In this document: positions 54,401 through 63,859 of the stretch, one piece after another
Layout of the letters: each line of letters opens with the position of its first letter
Position numbering within the stretch: the first letter of the stretch is position 1
DNA from: Felis catus
Taxonomy: Eukaryota
Length of the DNA stretch: 64,000 bases
Assembly (NCBI RefSeq): GCF_018350175.1
Contig: NC_058368.1
Coordinates: forward strand, 20,462,001 to 20,526,000
Reading direction: 5' to 3'
The notes under the pieces: model-generated
What the model was told of the DNA's origin: nothing
Database searches by the model: none
What the model saw: the letters and a program-made list of their open reading frames with translations, nothing else
Made by a program: the position numbers and the translations under genes

Positions 54401-57400
54401 CCGACTGAGCAGCGTTTTGGTTGTTTCTGAGTGTGATTAGCAGGCGTATTAGTGAGGACCGGCTCACACAGTGTGGGTGAATGCTAACACGTGTGGTATG
54501 AGCCAGAGGCTTGGAAATGAAGACAGAGGGCAGCTGAGCCACCGGGCCTCACTCTGACTGTCCAGACTCAGACCTACCAGATCAGAAATTGCTTTGCACA
54601 ACTTCCCCAGGGAATCGGAGTTTGAGTTTAGCACGACACACAGGCTTCTTCCTCACCTCTGATGGTGGACAGCGGACGTAGAGTTTCCCCTTGAAGGATT
54701 CACGTCACCTGCTCCCAGGGCCTGCCTTGTCATTGTGATTTAGGTCTCAGTTCTGGTGGGTTTGGGGCTACATGTGATAATGTCACACTTAGCACTGAGG
54801 GTACCAGAAGGTCACTGCAGGAGCCCCCACTCTCACCTCCAGCCTCAGGACCATTCCGGTTGGCCCCTACGTGGGCGTCATTACGGGAAAGTGCTTCTAT
54901 TAGCAGCCAAAGCCTGTCAGGACCCTGAAGATTAGGCTGTTGGCTCTTGGTACCTCAGGGTTCTGCCTGCCTCCCGACCTCTAGGCAGTTGGAAGGCCAT
55001 TGAAGACTCACCTCATCCATCACGTCCGCCATCAACCTCACTGGGTCGTCACCTGGTTGCCACACTTCTGATCACTTTCCAGGGGCATCCATTCCCATCT
55101 GACTTGGCTCCCAGATGTGGGAAGCAGGCGCTTCCCTGCCTCCCTCTCCCCCTCTGTGCACAGAGCTGCAGAGGCGGGGAGCAAACCACACAGACCCCTC
55201 TCTGAGCGCCGTCTGAGATATGATGCTCACCCCTTCCCTTGGCCCTCTTTCAAAGGGGGGGGGCTCCCTGAATCTCTGTGAGGCCCAGCCCAAGTGTCTG
55301 CCTGCCCTGGCAATAGGAAACACTCCAGCAGGACCCAGGCCTGCAGGCTGCACCCAGGACCTGATTTGCACTTGAATAACACTCTTTTCTTCCACCCCAC
55401 TATGGTTTTGGGTGTTAGATGTGTCGGTGGAGAGACTCCCCAGTGCAATTAAACGGGAGTATTGAGCCGGAGAGAAATCAGTGTGTGTTGACTCAGATAT
55501 TTAAGCAACCACCTTTCAGTATTGACTAAAAAATTGGCCTTCCAGCTGTCCCTGCTGGCAGGCTCTTCTGGCATCTCGACAGACCGCTGTTACTGTGTTT
55601 TTCAAATTTCGACTTGCTTCGACTTGTCTCCTAACTGATTCTCCCAACCATTATAATAATGGGTTCCAGGCTGACCTGTATACAGCACTTAGGCAGGCAG
55701 CCCAGGCTCCTCTCTGGAGGTGACCCCTTCTTATAAATCAGCCCAAGGTCTTATAAACCAGACCACTTGCTGGGTTCATGGCAGGTTAAGTCAGTTTGAA
55801 GGACTTCTTACACAACTCCTACCTGCTCCGCTGGAGGGTGGTGGCGACAGGGGTCCCTCTCTGAGTTGAGCGGTCTACCTGCTGGGGGCTCCGCCGATTC
55901 CCCCCCAAGTCTGACTCAGTCTTCCTGACAGGAGGAACTTCCCCACCCTGGGCCATCCTCCTCGTGGGTGATTCTCGCAGGCAGGAGTCTGTGGTCACTT
56001 AATTGGCAGGTCCTCGCCCCTCACTTTGCAGAATCTTGACAATACAAGTCAAGTGTCTTTCCCAGACGTGTCCAGTGAGCTGGGGCCCTGCTGGTTGGGA
56101 GCCAGGCGAAGGAGCCTGGGCCTGTATTCCTGGCCCTCAGACCTTTCAGCGGCCCATCTGAGGCCTTTCTAAGCATGGCTGTCAGATGTTCCTGACCTCT
56201 TCTCTTTGGGGCTGATGAATGGCATAGCTGGGTGGTTTTTTTTTTTGTTGTTATTGTTTGTTTTTGTTTTGTTTTGTTTTTTTGCTAGAAGACTGGTCAT
56301 CATATGTATTTATTTATTAATATTGAAGTATTGTTGACACACGATGTCACATTAGTTTCAGGTGTGTGACACAGTGATTCGAAGAGAATGTGTACATTAC
56401 ACTGTGCTCACCACGGTGTCACCACCGTCTGTCACCATGCAGTGCTGTTACAATACCATTGACTATATTCCCCGTGTTGTGTCTTTTATCCCTGAGGCAT
56501 AGCTGTGTTTAACCCCAGGCTTTCTAGAAGTTGCACTGTCAACCCAACAATGTTCTGTAGAAGGAAGATCCTGGGAAGTATAAATGAATTCTTTACAAGC
56601 AGGGAGTTTCCTAATGGAAGAACACTGTCAGTGTTAGGACTGGCCTCGAGAGTCATTTGTCAGCCTTGACATCATCGACTGGGATGTGGCATCAGGCGCT
56701 GATCGGCATGGGAAGGCATCAGACTCGGATGGCTGGGCCTCACCCCAAGAGCCTACCTCAGTGGGCTCAGAGGGGGCCTTCCAACTCCGGTTTGTTAACC
56801 ATCTTCACAGGGCATTCTGACAAGCTGCCAGGCTAGGGAACCACCATCATGGTAGAATGAGCACTAGCTTGAAATCAGAACTCCTGGGCCCATGTCCACA
56901 TCCTGGTGCCCAGTAACCAGCTGTGTCAGTTTGGGCAAGTCTGCTTTGTTTCATCTTTCTCAGCCTGTAGGCAGAGTGCCTGCTTTACCTGGTCGCTTTG
57001 AGGGACATGGGAGAGGCTGTGTATGATCTGGAAACTGTAAAGTGCTGAAGACATGTCACATATGCCAGCTGCTTAGTCAATTAGGGACCCTATTGTTGGG
57101 AATTCACTCACTTAACAAATATGTGATGGCAGGGACAGGCAGATCAAGGATGCGGCCTCTACTCTGATCTCTGGACAATGCAGGGGCTTCTGGAAGCGGG
57201 AGATCTCATTCCTTCAGGTCATGACCTCTTTTGCCCGTGGACAGAAATAGGAGACAAGGGGGAGAGGAATTCTAGAATGGAAACCACCCCCATGAAACCT
57301 GGTGACCCCACTGCACCATTTTTATCACTAGAATAAAATTCTATCACTGGTGGAGTTTCCCCCCAAAGAATATCACTTCTAGAATTCATGGCTCCTTTTT

Positions 57401-60003
57401 CTGTTCACACTTATGAACGGCATGGTGTGGTCAGACTGACCGTCCCCCAGATCAGGTGGATTCGTTGGAAAATGAACTCAGATGGAACCAAGTAGGAGGA
57501 GATAAATTGTTCTGCACACATGGAGACCATTCAGGGTAAAGGCCAGGCCGGGTGCAGGGTGAGACATACAGGTGGGAGGGGACGCCTAACTGCAGGCTCC
57601 ATGTGGGGAGCACTCCAACGGGGTGAAGTCATGGGGACAACTGAGAAGATTCAACTGAGAGTCAGACTTCAGGCTCAGGCCAAAGCCTCCACCCCAGTCA
57701 TGGAAACTCAGTACTGAAACCAAGATATGGTTTCCCACATCTTATTCTATCTAGGAGGTTAAATATAGATGCAGAATGCAGACAAGGAATTATTTCAATC
57801 GCAAATGTAAGAATTCCTTCTTATAACCCTATGTCATATCCTTTATGACTCATGGAGTCCTGTCTGTAATGATCAGCCACGGACCCAAATTCCATGTATA
57901 TATCCCAAGGCAACAATATTTCCCATAACTCGCCTTTGCTGCCCCTACTGAACTACAGCATCCCCTACATTCACATTTGACAATGATACACAGCGATGGT
58001 TGTTCCCCAAGCCAGGGAAGGTTCTTTCTACAACCATTCTTTTTTACTTAATTCATGTTTAATAGATATCAAAGTGGGTTTTGGTGTTGCTTTTAATTCT
58101 TTCCTGGGTTGTGTTGGTTTGTTCAACTGAAGATTATTTGTTTATTCATTTATATTATAGAAGTAATATTTAATTATTACCATTACGTTAAAACTAGAAA
58201 GTGCAGATAAACCAAAAGAAGAAAGCAAAAGCACCTGTAATTCCACCACCCAGAGAGGCTACTACTAATGTTTGGTGCCCGTCTTCCACACTTGTGCGTG
58301 TTAGGGTACTCGTGCATGTATATGCATGGATGCTTCTCCGCACAGAATGGGGACTGTCACACATACATTGCTCTGTAACCTGGGAGGTGATGGATTTCTT
58401 TCCTTTGAATATTTAAACACAGTTCAAAAGAGAAGAGGGATATTTGGAAAAGACATAACGAGCTTGACATGTTATGGTATAGTTGTTTCCCATGCGACTT
58501 ATGCTGTGGTACACCAAAAGCCAATTTACATCACATCAAGTGGAAACTCCAATTATTGTGTACTTCTGCACATTCGGAATACATCTGTGAGGTAGCTGAT
58601 ATTCTGTGAGTCCTCAAGTTGCCTTTGAAGTTTCCAAGAAAGTCTAACCTAGTTCAACTTAGTTTTGATGTCTAGAATATTTCAGGTACCTAGATATCAG
58701 TCATCCATGGGGGACGCACATTGTAATACTCAATCAGGACACAACCACAGCACTACCTTTCCCAACGATGCGCAATAATGAACATTAACTTGTAGCAAAA
58801 TGACGGTACCAGTAGGCAGTCCTCAGGGGTTGTGAGCAATAGTATTGTAAGAGCGAAAGAGGATGAATGAGAATTCATCCCAAATAAACAAGGAAAGTCT
58901 TTCACCATCTGGAGTGTGGAATGGGATTGGGGTAAAATGTCAAATATATATGTGTAGAAATTCCAGGAAAGTCTTACAATTCCATGCCGATCAAGGCTTG
59001 TTTGAATCGTCAGGTGGCACTGACTCAAATGAAGCTGTGTTTGGCCCGGTAGCTTTCAATATGCTGTCTCAGTTCTCCCAACACAATGCTACTTGGTCAT
59101 TTCTCTCCCCTTGTCCATCAGGGACTTTTTCTCCAGGGGCAGAAAAGGGAAACAGGAAGATGAGTGAGTTTAATAAGAGTGCAAGGGAAACATGGGTAGG
59201 AATGGAGGAGAAAGAGGACCACAGTTACACACAAGCGAGAAAGTAAAACAAAACAAAACAAAACAAAAGACCCAGTTAGAAGAGAGAAAAATGTGCCGTG
59301 GGAGCAAGAGAAATGAAACTGTGAGGAAAGGTAGGCTGAAAACTTTCTAAGAAGAGAAATTAGAAGGAAGAAAAACATGAGAAAGTGTCAAAGAATGGGG
59401 AGACTAAAGGGCCTGTGAAATATTATTTCCTGGTGTTGAGTTTACTTCCAAAATTCTTTGTGAGAGGTAAGCCAGAAAATAGATTATTCACCTTGGCTAC
59501 AAAGAAATGATGGTGCTGCCAGGATGCAGGGGTACATCATAAATAGAGCCTCCCTGTGGATAGGTAAACAAAAAGGTTTCCTTTGCTGGATTCTCTTATT
59601 TTAGCAACTCCAACCCCGTATTATTCGGTTTGTGTCTTCGTCAGGGTGATCCCCACTTTTGGTACCAATTCCGAAGGCACGAAACAAATTTCTGCACTCA
59701 CAATGTTATCTTGTGGAGATTTTCTCTTACAGGTCTCATAACATTTCCTATGAGTTGAGAGGGAGGCAGATGTGTTGTGTAGTGATCCTTTTACGGCTGG
59801 AGAAACTGAGGCACGGGGAGACATTAGCTGGGGAGTTCAGTTGCCCCTTTTAGTGCTGATGGTTAGAGACAGACTTGGCTGCCGTCATGTCCTCTCAATA
59901 GTAATCAACTACTTTCCTCTCTGTTTGCCATAATACCACAGCAAAACTGATCTCAAACTTTTCTTTTTCATTTTTTAAAGTTTTTAAATGGGTATTTATT
60001 TTT

Positions 60004-60039
<36 letters not shown>

Positions 60040-62177
60040 ACGAGTGGGGGAGGAGCAGAGAGAGAGGGAGACACAGAATCTGAAGCAGGCTCCAGTTTCT
60101 CAGCTGTCAGCATAGAGCCTGATGTGGGGCTTGAACACACGAACCGTGAGATCATGACCTGAGCTGAAGTCGGGCGCTTAACCGACTGAGCCACCCAGGC
60201 GCCCCTCAAACTTTTCAAACACATTATGCTTATAATTAATCTTGCATATTCCGTTTTCGAGAAATCTGCTTCCTTTTAAAAATTATAATAGTGCTGAGGC
60301 TATTTTTGACCCAGCGTCAGGCTCTGTGTTAACAGCTCAGAGCCTGGAGCGTGCTTTGGATTCTGTGTCTCCGTCTCTCTCTGCCCTTCCCCTGCTCACA
60401 CTCCGTCTCTCCCTCTCTCTCAAAAATAAACATTAATTTAAAAAAATATATATAATAGTGCTTATATTTCAAAGAAAACTCTACCGCCATAAATTCTGTG
60501 ATTCAAAGTGAAAGGGATAATAAAAACTTGTAGAGAATTAGCAAAACACAAAAACAAAACAAAACAAAAAAACCCATATCTGAATAATTAACAGTTTCCA
60601 AAGAGCATAAAATATTGCTGAGGGTGATTCAATATTTTGCAAGGCAGGGTGGGAGGGGGAGGGCGTACTATGGAGCTCAATGAACGTATAGCTAATGACA
60701 TCTCCACTTAAGTAACTCCTGTTTGGCCATACCCTATAAGAATGTCACATCTGAGGGTGTTACAAACCTTGATTCCTTGTCAGATTAGCCCCACCTTAGG
60801 CATGAGCCGAATACTCCAATATGACCCATCACCAGGAGTTGCCCCAGTGACATGGTTCTAGAATCATGGAACTCCCACCTTGTTTGCTCCAGGGTCCTTT
60901 CCCAAGTTCTCACCTCATCCGGGGCTAGAGACAGGGGAGAAACTGGGGACAGACCCAGTAAGTCCAAATTTTTCCACATGAACTAATGTTCTTTAACGAC
61001 CAGTGCATTAGCAAATTGTTTGTGCTGAAAACTACCCATCGCTTTTAAGATCTTAAAGCAAGGTTAATCACTGAACCGGGTTCAGGAAGAGGTCTGAAAT
61101 GCTAACAGTCCCTAACGGTAAAAGAAGTCATTCATTAATTTGGGAGCAGAAGGCTGAAGATAGAAACCCCTCCTGCATTTCCTAATTTCTAGAACACTAG
61201 AGCCGCAAATCTAATACGTGAACCTCTCTGAACTCGGCTGTCTCTGGAGCAATGATTAGTGTAAAAAAAAAAAAAGAAAAAAAAGAAAGAAAGGGAAAGA
61301 AAGAGGGAAGCAGGAATGATATATGACTTTAAAATCTTAGATGCTAACTTTTCCAAATGAAACCACAGGGAAAGCAGGAAGAGATCGAGACAAGGCTTTC
61401 CATCTGCCTTCTTGCTTCCATTCCTTCTCTGAGTCCTGCTCCCCACCCTCCCTCCTTGTGTGCCTCATTCCCCGAGGTACTTCTTTTCCAGTGCCTTCTC
61501 TCCCCGGGCTCTTTTCCATACTTAGAATAAGAACTGGCATTTTGAGTTCACACTCTGCGTTATCATTGTGTTAATCACCTTATATCAATCATCTGAGTTA
61601 GTTATAATACCACAATCTTGGGAGATAGGTGTAATCATTATTTCCCCGCTCTTCGGATGAGGACAAACGAGGCCCAGGGAGGTTAACAATGAACTGTGGC
61701 CATACCGGGCGTGACCCTCGGCCCGTGTCCTGCTGATGCTCAGACCTCATAGACAGTCCCAAGGCCAGCAAGTCTGGAGGTGCGATTACGTGAGCTACGC
61801 ACAAGTAAAGATTCGGTACGTGACCAACAAGATGACACAATGTGGGACGAAAGAAATACGACAGCAACAAGGCCGAGGTCTGCCTGGGCTTCCTCGGCCT
61901 CGGCTACAAAGGTGTTCTCTGGCTGGGGAGGTGGGAAAGGGAGCCCAGAGCCTGGCTCGGACAGGAGCCCCCTGACCACTGAGGCCAGTCTGAAGCTTGA
62001 CTGATTTGCTCACCTCATTGTCTTGTTTCAGCTTCTGATGAAATGACACCTGAAGGGAGTTCAGAGGCAGGACAGGACTCCGTGGAGGCAGCTGACAGAC
62101 AGCGGTCTTCAGATCAGACAGAGACACCTCGCTTTCCTAATGACGTTCTGCCGTCTGGTTTCTGTGCTCTGTTGTAA
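12588..62177 (+). CDS. GUCY1B2: Soluble guanylate cyclase subunit beta-2, multi-exon gene, 5'-partial (14 coding exons visible)
   Basis: Exons joined at GT-AG sites with matching phases give an uninterrupted frame: ...[47 protein letters not shown]...NLDALHSYL...HYYSDR...FSDVVTFT...VETIGDAY...[19 protein letters not shown]...SGFCALL*. Exon lengths 95+161+100+197+112+104+217+321+149+147+155+152+96+146=2152 nt. Confidence 0.96.
12706..14540 (-). mobile_element. MLT1C-like MaLR LTR, split by MER82 and by a ~0.68-kb insert
   Basis: Pieces at ~12706-12735 (tagggctgctgtaacaaagta), ~13504-13775 (aaatcaagg...ctctgaaggctctaggg...ccctaatccag) and ~14458-14540 (aaataaggtgacatt...gacccagcata). Confidence 0.7.
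12736..13503. mobile_element. MER82 (Tigger/TcMar family) non-autonomous DNA transposon with internal (TA)n expansion
   Basis: TIRs caatcgattctcat / atgaggatcgactg; TA TSDs at 12734-12735 and 13504-13505; (TA)n at ~12920-13063. Confidence 0.8.
16020..16097. repeat. Perfect 39-bp tandem duplication
   Basis: agttgatgccaatgggaatttgcatggagctcggcctat x2. Confidence 0.95.
16891..17094 (+). mobile_element. CAN-SINE (inserted in a MIR)
   Basis: SINE head and tail; degenerate TSD aa(a/g)ttcattg(a/g)ca. Confidence 0.88.
17368..17592 (+). mobile_element. MER58A-like hAT MITE
   Basis: ggccaaatctggc..cctgtttttgt..catttgtttacatat..gctgaaaatatttact pattern. Confidence 0.7.
17648..18025 (+). mobile_element. 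MLT1A-like MaLR solo LTR
   Basis: ctatggaccgaa..ccaaattc.ta.gttgaagccct..gatggtatttggagatggggcctttggga...tagcccaagcagact. Confidence 0.75.
20390..22975 (-). mobile_element. Old degraded L1M fragments with a nested SINE and (CT)n(CA)n(CCAT)n at 22133-22258
   Basis: AT-rich L1M-like 3' segments; subfamily not resolvable by eye. Confidence 0.5.
21808..22028 (-). mobile_element. CAN-SINE
   Basis: Poly-T, (GA)n, reverse-complement head. Confidence 0.9.
22982..23380 (+). mobile_element. Two head-to-tail CAN-SINEs (22982-23189 and 23194-23380)
   Basis: Two consecutive ggggcac heads, each with a CT tract and A tail. Confidence 0.9.
25927..26087 (+). CDS. GUCY1B2: GUCY1B2 exon 4, H-NOX with proximal heme His
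   Basis: ccgcag|GT ATC TCC ATG...TAT CAG|gtaagg; [53 protein letters not shown]. Confidence 0.96.
29505..29604 (+). CDS. GUCY1B2: GUCY1B2 exon 5, H-NOX YxSxR motif
   Basis: ttag|GAG ATG AAC...CCA G|gtatgg; [33 protein letters not shown]. Confidence 0.95.
29942..30152 (+). mobile_element. CAN-SINE, SINEC_Fc-like, young
   Basis: CpG-rich, near consensus; perfect TSD tttaaaactcattttca on both sides. Confidence 0.93.
30693..30889 (+). CDS. GUCY1B2: GUCY1B2 exon 6
   Basis: ctgcag|GT ATC ATT GAG...CAA GAG|gtattg; [41 protein letters not shown]...RDQE. Confidence 0.93.
31005..31229 (-). mobile_element. MER20 hAT MITE
   Basis: ctacccactagatgc..aatgtctccag..gttgagaacc.ctg matches the MER20 reverse complement. 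Confidence 0.75.
31907..32018 (+). CDS. GUCY1B2: GUCY1B2 exon 7 (linker)
   Basis: ctgtag|GCC CTG GAG...GGA AAA G|gtgagt; [37 protein letters not shown]. Confidence 0.9.
33264..33367 (+). CDS. GUCY1B2: GUCY1B2 exon 8 (start of PAS/HNOBA)
   Basis: catccag|GG CAT CTC...GAA TCA|gtaaga; [34 protein letters not shown]. Confidence 0.94.
34149..34212 (+). mobile_element. Head-only CAN-SINE fragment
   Basis: ggggcaccagggtggctcag...caggtcgtgacctc flanked by aca(a/c)taggga direct repeats. Confidence 0.75.
34318..34737 (-). mobile_element. Two adjacent CAN-SINEs (34318-34483 and 34492-34737)
   Basis: Two reverse-complement SINEs; gatgtacttt repeated at 34302 and 34485. Confidence 0.88.
35370..35586 (+). 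CDS. GUCY1B2: GUCY1B2 exon 9 (PAS)
   Basis: ggtag|CTG AGG GTC AAG...CTG CGA G|gtaagt; [16 protein letters not shown]...[12 protein letters not shown]...LKLR. Confidence 0.94.
35728..35916 (-). mobile_element. CAN-SINE
   Basis: TSD tag(t/c)gagaagctt. Confidence 0.88.
36725..36942 (-). mobile_element. CAN-SINE
   Basis: TSD tatgggtgactt at 36713-36724 and 36943-36954. Confidence 0.92.
37563..37883 (+). CDS. GUCY1B2: GUCY1B2 exon 10 (PAS end and coiled coil)
   Basis: gcaag|GC CAG ATG...GCT GCG G|gtaaag; QMIWMES...[19 protein letters not shown]...[22 protein letters not shown]. Confidence 0.95.
39290..39810. mobile_element. L2 LINE fragment
   Basis: caacaagtatttattgag..tatgtgccagg..ctaggtgctggggataca..ggaggccagtgtggctggagtggag, typical of the L2 3' region. 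Confidence 0.65.
39811..40048 (-). mobile_element. CAN-SINE
   Basis: TSD aaggattttc; (GA)n. Confidence 0.88.
40650..40798 (+). CDS. GUCY1B2: GUCY1B2 exon 11 (cyclase domain)
   Basis: ttgcag|GA GAA TTT...TAC AAA|gtaagt; [49 protein letters not shown]. Confidence 0.96.
41348..41494 (+). CDS. GUCY1B2: GUCY1B2 exon 12 (cyclase domain)
   Basis: ttacag|GTG GAA ACT...ATC CAG|gtagag; [49 protein letters not shown]. Confidence 0.96.
42647..42690. repeat. (TG)n microsatellite
   Basis: Directly visible. Confidence 0.95.
45179..45436 (+). mobile_element. CAN-SINE nested in L1M
   Basis: TSD aagaa(g/a)tggttcattt; long (CT)n. Confidence 0.92.
45677..46032 (+). mobile_element. MLT1B-like MaLR solo LTR
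   Basis: ccccaaattcatat..cctcagaatatgact..gggtgggccctaatcc..gactggtgtcctt..cttccagcctccagaact..aagccactcagtctgtgg. Confidence 0.75.
47011..47165 (+). CDS. GUCY1B2: GUCY1B2 exon 13 (cyclase domain)
   Basis: gtacag|ATC AGA GTG...TAC AG|gtagcc; [51 protein letters not shown]. Confidence 0.96.
47377..47595 (+). mobile_element. MER58A hAT MITE
   Basis: ggggattggcaaa..ggccaaatcc..gtaaataaagttttattggaacacagcca..aaatatttact..gctgaccc. Confidence 0.8.
48315..48517 (+). mobile_element. CAN-SINE
   Basis: Degenerate TSD aagac..tgc.aggaca. Confidence 0.9.
50088..50239 (+). CDS. GUCY1B2: GUCY1B2 exon 14 (end of cyclase domain)
   Basis: gtgcag|A GCT CTG...CGC AAG G|gtgagc; [50 protein letters not shown]. 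Confidence 0.95.
52780..52875 (+). CDS. GUCY1B2: GUCY1B2 exon 15 (C-terminal extension)
   Basis: Pyrimidine tract then tttgcag|AA GCA AGT...GCA GAT G|gtgagt; (E)[31 protein letters not shown]; symmetric phase 1-1, 96 nt. Confidence 0.85.
53235..53592 (+). repeat. Interrupted (GAA)n trinucleotide tract, 358 bp of purines only
   Basis: Pure runs of about 25 and about 31 GAA units separated by GAAA/GAAAA/GGAA interruptions; embedded in L2-like sequence. Confidence 0.97.
56236..56495 (-). mobile_element. Short L1 3'-end insertion (carnivore/L1MA-type)
   Basis: T-rich tail at left, L1 3' UTR (attagtttcaggtg..acagtgattc..ccattgactatattcccc); TSD ggcatagctg at 56221-56230 and 56496-56505. Confidence 0.8.
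58686..58931 (+). pseudogene. Candidate decayed (pseudo)exon of GUCY1B2 in the last intron
   Basis: ctaac branch-like motif, tttcag| acceptor, 246 nt (multiple of 3), |gtaaaa donor; every frame interrupted by stops; resembles my recollection of a rodent long-isoform insert (unverified). Confidence 0.5.
59962..60205 (-). mobile_element. CAN-SINE
   Basis: TSD tcaaactttt; reverse-complement head ends gcgcccc. Confidence 0.92.
60296..60450 (+). mobile_element. 5'-truncated CAN-SINE
   Basis: 3' half of a SINE; TSD tataatagtgct at 60284-60295 and 60451-60462. Confidence 0.85.
62032..62177 (+). CDS. GUCY1B2: GUCY1B2 terminal coding exon ending in a CaaX box
   Basis: ctgat branch-like motif and tcttgtttcag|CT TCT GAT GAA...TGT GCT CTG TTG TAA; (A)[47 protein letters not shown]. 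Confidence 0.88.
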
Positions 62178-63099
62178 CAGAGGGGAAACGAACGCCTGGG
62201 CTTAATTTTTCCCCAACTTAGTTTTATGGAGACAAAGGAAAGTAACTTCTTTTCATTTCTCACTTCAGAACGTCTTAAGCTGCGTCTCTTCCTCATTGTC
62301 CCTTTGAGAATAGAAGTCTAGAAACGAAACCCAATCCTGACAGGTTTGGAAAGTGTCTTTTACATTCTCAGTTCGAAGCCAACCGCCCCCCCCCCCCCGC
62401 CAACTTTGAGACTGCGTCTTGTTTGCTCCCACAGATGAGAAGTTCAGCTGAGGGGCCCCTTTCTGTTTTCTTCTAACCGGGGCGAATGGCTTCCATGCTC
62501 TCATTGCTGGGGTTCCGCTGAATCTTTGCCTCTGAGCAAAAGCCCCAGTGGCCAGCTTCAGAGGACACCCTGACCTCTGAGCGCGTTGTGTGCAATGTCT
62601 TGCTTTAAATGATGGTGGGAGGGAAGGGGAGGAAGAGGCGGAGGCAAGAGACCCAGACCCCGCAGTTTATAAATCACCCCATAACACAGCCGGGACGTGA
62701 AAGGCACTCGGCCAGGGGTTGTGAAAGGAAATAATTTTCATTCCCAGCCCTGGGAATTATGTGAAGCAATAGAACGAAAGCTGCAGTCCCCAGAGACTTT
62801 CTGAAAGTAGGATGCAGGGGAAAATGTGAAAATCACAGGAAGGGCAGACTTAGGAAAGATAGGGAAGCAGAGCAGAATGAAGTCAGACACCCAGGCCCCT
62901 TGGCCAGCCACCTTCACGACACAGAAGGCCCCTCTACTACTCGTCGCTGCGGGCATGGAAACACCTTCTGCCGCAGAGAGCGCCGGAGATGTTCTCAGAG
63001 GCGTGGGCCCGGGCAGGGGGGAGGCAGAGATGTGGTCTTCGGACTATGCATCTGCGTTTGGGGATGGCCAGAAACTTGGCACGTATGTTTTACCTAGAT

Positions 63100-63105
63100 A
63101 ATAAA
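63100..63105 (+). promoter_or_regulatory. Candidate polyadenylation signal for GUCY1B2 (a second AATAAA lies at 63832-63837)
   Basis: First AATAAA I found downstream of the stop codon; usage cannot be shown from sequence alone. Confidence 0.35.
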
Positions 63106-63310
63106 GAAAATCTGAGGGCACGCATGGTTCTGTGAGTCATCCTTGCTAGGACCTGACTTGTCCCAAGAGGCATTAACTGTCTCCGACGATTCCCAGGAGG
63201 GCACGCGCAGGACCCGACTCCGTCCCCCAGCCAATCCCAGGGGCAGAAGGGAAGGGGAAGGCAACAAGAGCTGAATTCCTTGCTCTATCCTTCCGGGAGG
63301 CAACCGTGTC

Positions 63311-63377
63311 TTGTGTCTAGAAACGGGCAGGTGCGGCCCGCAAAGCAAGTGCTTTGTGTCTAGAAACGGGCAGGTGC
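63311..63377. repeat. 24-bp direct repeat with 43-bp period (degenerate tandem duplication)
   Basis: ttgtgtctagaaacgggcaggtgc at 63311-63334 and 63354-63377. Confidence 0.9.
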
Positions 63378-63859
63378 AGGGCTAGAGCAAGCCAGGATTC
63401 GAATGAGCGCAAAGTGCTCAGTCAAAAGATGTGCGTTCTTGTCCTGACTCTACCGCCTGACCTCTTGGTACCTCAATCTCTCCAGCTATAAAATAGGGTT
63501 AGTGACAGCTGCCCCACCTACCTCACAGGGTTTTTGTTTTGTTTTCTGGTGAGGATTCGGGGAAATACAAGAGCACAAATATGCCCGTGATGCTCCCAAT
63601 AATAGTAGCTACTGACGTTTGTTGACCACCAAACACACGCTAGGCACTGGCCGCACATGTACGTTACACGTTACTTCTGCTCCTGGCAACAATCCCATAA
63701 TAAGTCAGGTCTTGCCCTCCCCACTCAACCGACGAGGAACCAGCTCACACAGATTCAGCAGCCGGAGATCACACTGACGGTGCTGGCAAATAGCCCAGGC
63801 CAGACGCACCCTGCTCAAAGTTCTTAGGTCAAATAAAGGCAGGACAGCCTGGAGGTATG

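Noticed and set aside
2971..60450. tRNA-like A/B boxes and recurring MAQSVK.../[13 protein letters not shown] peptides
   Set aside because: These are CAN-SINE heads and bodies, not tRNA genes or a protein family.
63311..63377. Repeat-spacer-repeat pattern as CRISPR-like
   Set aside because: Only two copies, the spacer resembles the sequence after the second copy (degenerate tandem duplication), eukaryotic context, no cas genes.
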